A stretch of DNA of 64,000 nt, taken from positions 154,380,001 through 154,444,000 of the forward strand of contig OZ024742.1 of assembly GCA_964016885.1 (NCBI GenBank), read 5' to 3'. The DNA comes from Eledone cirrhosa (taxonomy: Eukaryota). Every line of letters starts with the position of its first letter. Position 1 is the stretch's first letter. The notes under the pieces were generated by a model, which was not told the DNA's origin, ran no database searches, and saw only the letters and a list, made by a program, of their open reading frames with translations. Of the stretch, positions 60,757 through 64,000 are shown in pieces. A program made the position numbers and the translations under genes.

Positions 60757-61204
60757 AAGTACTCCATTGGTACTTACTTTAATGTAAGTACCTATCAGTA
60801 CGAAATATAGCTCTGTCAGCTTTATTTCCCCTGTTTGCTGAAAAGTTAAAGTAAGTGAGACTGTCACTACTCTAAAACAATAGCATAAGGTCTTCGAAAT
60901 GCTTTTAATTAAGCATACAGTGTATTGCAAAATACACTATATATATATATTCATATATATATATCGCTATTTCAGAGCGCTAATTCTAATTTTCAATTCC
61001 CTGCTTGACCGGCAACCGCTCTGTATAATCAGTTCCTGATTATTACTAGACATTCTATAAGAATCAAACATTCATGATTTTCAGTAAACAGGTGGAGTAC
61101 TTGGCTTTCATAAGTACCAATCAGTACGAAACATAGCTCTGTCAGCTTTATCTCCCCTCTTTGCTGAAAATTTAACGTAACTGAGACTGTCACTACTCTA
61201 AAAC

Positions 61205-62063
61205 GTGCTACTAAACGCCAGTTAAGGCTATATGGTATATAAGCTCCCTTAAGATCCCAGATATAATGCGCTAAAGAGGTAGAATTCTTAAACCTAACAT
61301 GTTTGAAGTTAGAGATATGAGAGTTAAACCTAGTCTTAAAAGTGTTTGAAGTAGATCCTATATACGTTCTATTAGAGGAATTAGTTATAACTTCGCAAGC
61401 GTAGACAATGTTTTTAGAAAGGCAGTTACCATTTAGAGGGCAGTTAGCACTCACTCTACAATTGCACTTCCGGGTGTTATTGGTTGGCTCGAGTGGTGAT
61501 GTATTACACGTAGGACCTCTATTAGATAAGGACTGTTCTGGTGGTAAAGCATTGTCAGATCCGTTCAGACTAGTAGTATGTAGAGAGGAGAATCCATCCC
61601 TAATTTTCCTATTATTAGTGCTAGCTAAATGAGAACTAATATTAGGGGTGGTAGAGAATGAGAGTTTAATAACATTTTTATTAAAAATACCATGGTATTT
61701 ATGAGAAGGGGGGAAATTTTTCTCTAAGATAGTGAAGAAAGACCTAGGGATATTAGTTGATACATCCTGATTATATGGCGGGTTGAAATAAGTATTTAAT
61801 CGCCTTCTATTTTTATTTTTATTCTTACCGACCCTACCTTTATCAAATGTCCCACCGTCGAGACTAGGGTTACTATCAGGATTAGTTGAAGCCACATTCA
61901 TAGAATCAGCCATAATTTCGTTATGTCTATTATAGTTTCTACCTCCAGTAGATCTGCTGTTGTCCGGAATCTCTTCAAGAGGATTAGGGCCAATGATAGG
62001 ATCAGTAGGAGCAACATTATTAGAATAAGATCCGGAAAAACCAACACCGATGCGTGAGCGCAC
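61205..62063 (-). pseudogene. PLE linker plus GIY-YIG endonuclease (open frame, C-terminus replaced by inverted pLTR)
   Basis: YFNPPYNQDVSTNI; CNCRVSANCPLNGNCLSKNIVYACEV..YIGSTSNTFKTRFNSH..STSLAHYIWDLK. Confidence 0.92.
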
Positions 62064-62175
62064 AGGGGGTTCGACTTGTCTCCTAGAGGTATTATATTTG
62101 CTATTACGAGTCCGGTGGGTTAACTTATGGGTGGGTTCAGATACACCTATATAAATTCTACGGTTACTATACGGT

Positions 62176-62271
<96 letters not shown>

Positions 62272-63589
62272 TGTGATTTCTCCATCTTCATACATATTTG
62301 AATTTTCTTTGTGAAACCTTGATTCCATCGCCTTCAATACATTATTCGATACGGCAAGATTAAGATTCCTTTCCTCATAAGCGTTCCAACACAGGTCACA
62401 TCATATTATGAAACCAAGGAAGTGGTGGTATTTCATTGATGCAAACCTGCATTAAATTACAACTACATGAAAATGCACAAAGTCAAAATTGTACCTAAAC
62501 CGCAGAAGGAAATAATTCCAAGATATAAATTTCAAATACGAAAATTGTACATTTGTTAGTAATATTGGGCTATGGAAGGTGTAGTGTATTATGTAATATA
62601 GAGTTGCTAATATTTATTAAGGTATAGAGTAGGTTTGTGTAGAATGTGTAATGCACTATGTAAGTATTGCAAAAGAAAGAGAGAGAAATATATCATGAAA
62701 TTATATACATCAAATTAATTTAGTTGAAAACCAGTTGTATTTTTTTAGTATTTCCACTTACCAAGCAGTTGGATTTTGAGATGGAGACATCCTCTAAAAA
62801 ATTAGTTCAGGGAGTTCTTATATGATTGATCATATATATTGCTTTGCTACTTTGTTTGCAATATCTTACTGTATACGCAATTGTATAATGTTGTTTACTT
62901 CAATTCCATGTTGACATTCTCTTCAGAGTGAATACAACGATTAAACATTACACGCTAATGTAATAATAAACGATAAAATCTTCTCCTCTTAAAATATTGT
63001 CTAGACATAGTCTTGTGCAAAAGGAAAAAGATATTTAAAAGTTTATAAAGTTTTCATTGAATCGAGTATTGATGTCAGTTAAGAAATCTAAGCATTGCCA
63101 TATATAACTTCACATTTAAATATGCAACTTAATTTAAACATGTTTCGATTTAGGAATTCATACAATATAACGCAAATAAAAAGTTCAGTTTACTCTCCAA
63201 AACCTCATTCCAACAAACATTTGCATTGTACTGGGTTTAATTAAATGAATCCAAATTAAATGTATCCATAAGCAAACAAATAATAACCGACGTGGGTGAA
63301 CCTATGGTATATATATAATGATTGATAACTTTAACAGTATCCTGTCCCTCTCATTCCCACTTAAGTTAAATTTGACCACCAATAAATATTATTTGTATTT
63401 ATTTCCCTCTCCTAGGATATATCAATGTATTAGTGTGTCTACTCTCAAACACAAACAGACGCGCGCACACACACACACAAACACACACGTATCTCTCTCT
63501 CTCTATATATATATATATGTGGTAGCTAAGTATATGTTATGTTTATACCATTACTTATTTGTATAGGTAAGTATATATTACCTGTATTT

Positions 63590-64000
63590 TTGTGAAGGTA
63601 CGTATACATTCTCGTACGTATATTTGATTGTACAAGTTATGGCGTATATTTTCATATATTCTGGTACATATGCTTTGGTTATGTATATACGTGAGTTTTG
63701 CATCTGTGTGAGTATGCGGGTTCGTACGTATGTAGGGTGTGTGTATATGTGTACTTCGTGTTTTGGTTGACGTTTTCCGAACATATGTGTATTTACATGT
63801 AGGTATGTGTGTGATCTTGTTATATACGTATTTATTTATTTATATACGTTTATTTAATTATTTGTATACACGCACACACATACATATTTATATGTGGTGT
63901 ATTTGTATACCTATGGCGAGTGTTTTCGCGTATGCTTGTGTATGTACGTATATGGTTGCGTGTATGTATTTATTTAATTTCTGTTACTTCTGTATTTTAT
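63590..64000 (+). mobile_element. third copy of the 52840-53210 repeat family, running off the window
   Basis: High similarity to 52838-53200. Confidence 0.8.

Larger units (their letters stand above)
60549..62178 (-). mobile_element. Penelope-like element D with rearranged (triplicated and inverted) pLTR
   Basis: 60549-60745 is inverted relative to 60790-60990, with a third copy at 61092-61204. TA flanks. Confidence 0.85.

Overview
AT-rich, microsatellite-dense animal genomic DNA, most likely an octopod cephalopod (inferred from the abundant tRNA-derived SINE and the repeat landscape). There is a 200-N gap at 28461-28660 and no host protein-coding gene that I can support. The window is a graveyard of mobile elements: five decayed Penelope-like retroelement (PLE) coding fragments (RT and/or GIY-YIG), a decayed Helitron RepHel gene, two non-autonomous Helitrons, at least nine tRNA-SINE copies (several with TSDs) and RTE-like LINE ends. 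The main hidden signal is about 29 complete and about 9 partial type-I hammerhead ribozyme (HHR) motifs from about 15 sequence families, found by eye on both strands. They lie in PLE terminal repeats (pLTRs) or in short non-coding pLTR-only units, nearly all flanked by (TA)n tracts. They have family-specific palindromic stem III sequences and recurrent core variants (U3:A8 covariation, U4A, GCAA for GAAA). They often form head-to-head fold-back palindromes whose breakpoints fall inside the ribozyme. All motifs were read manually, so element boundaries are approximate and no activity is demonstrated.
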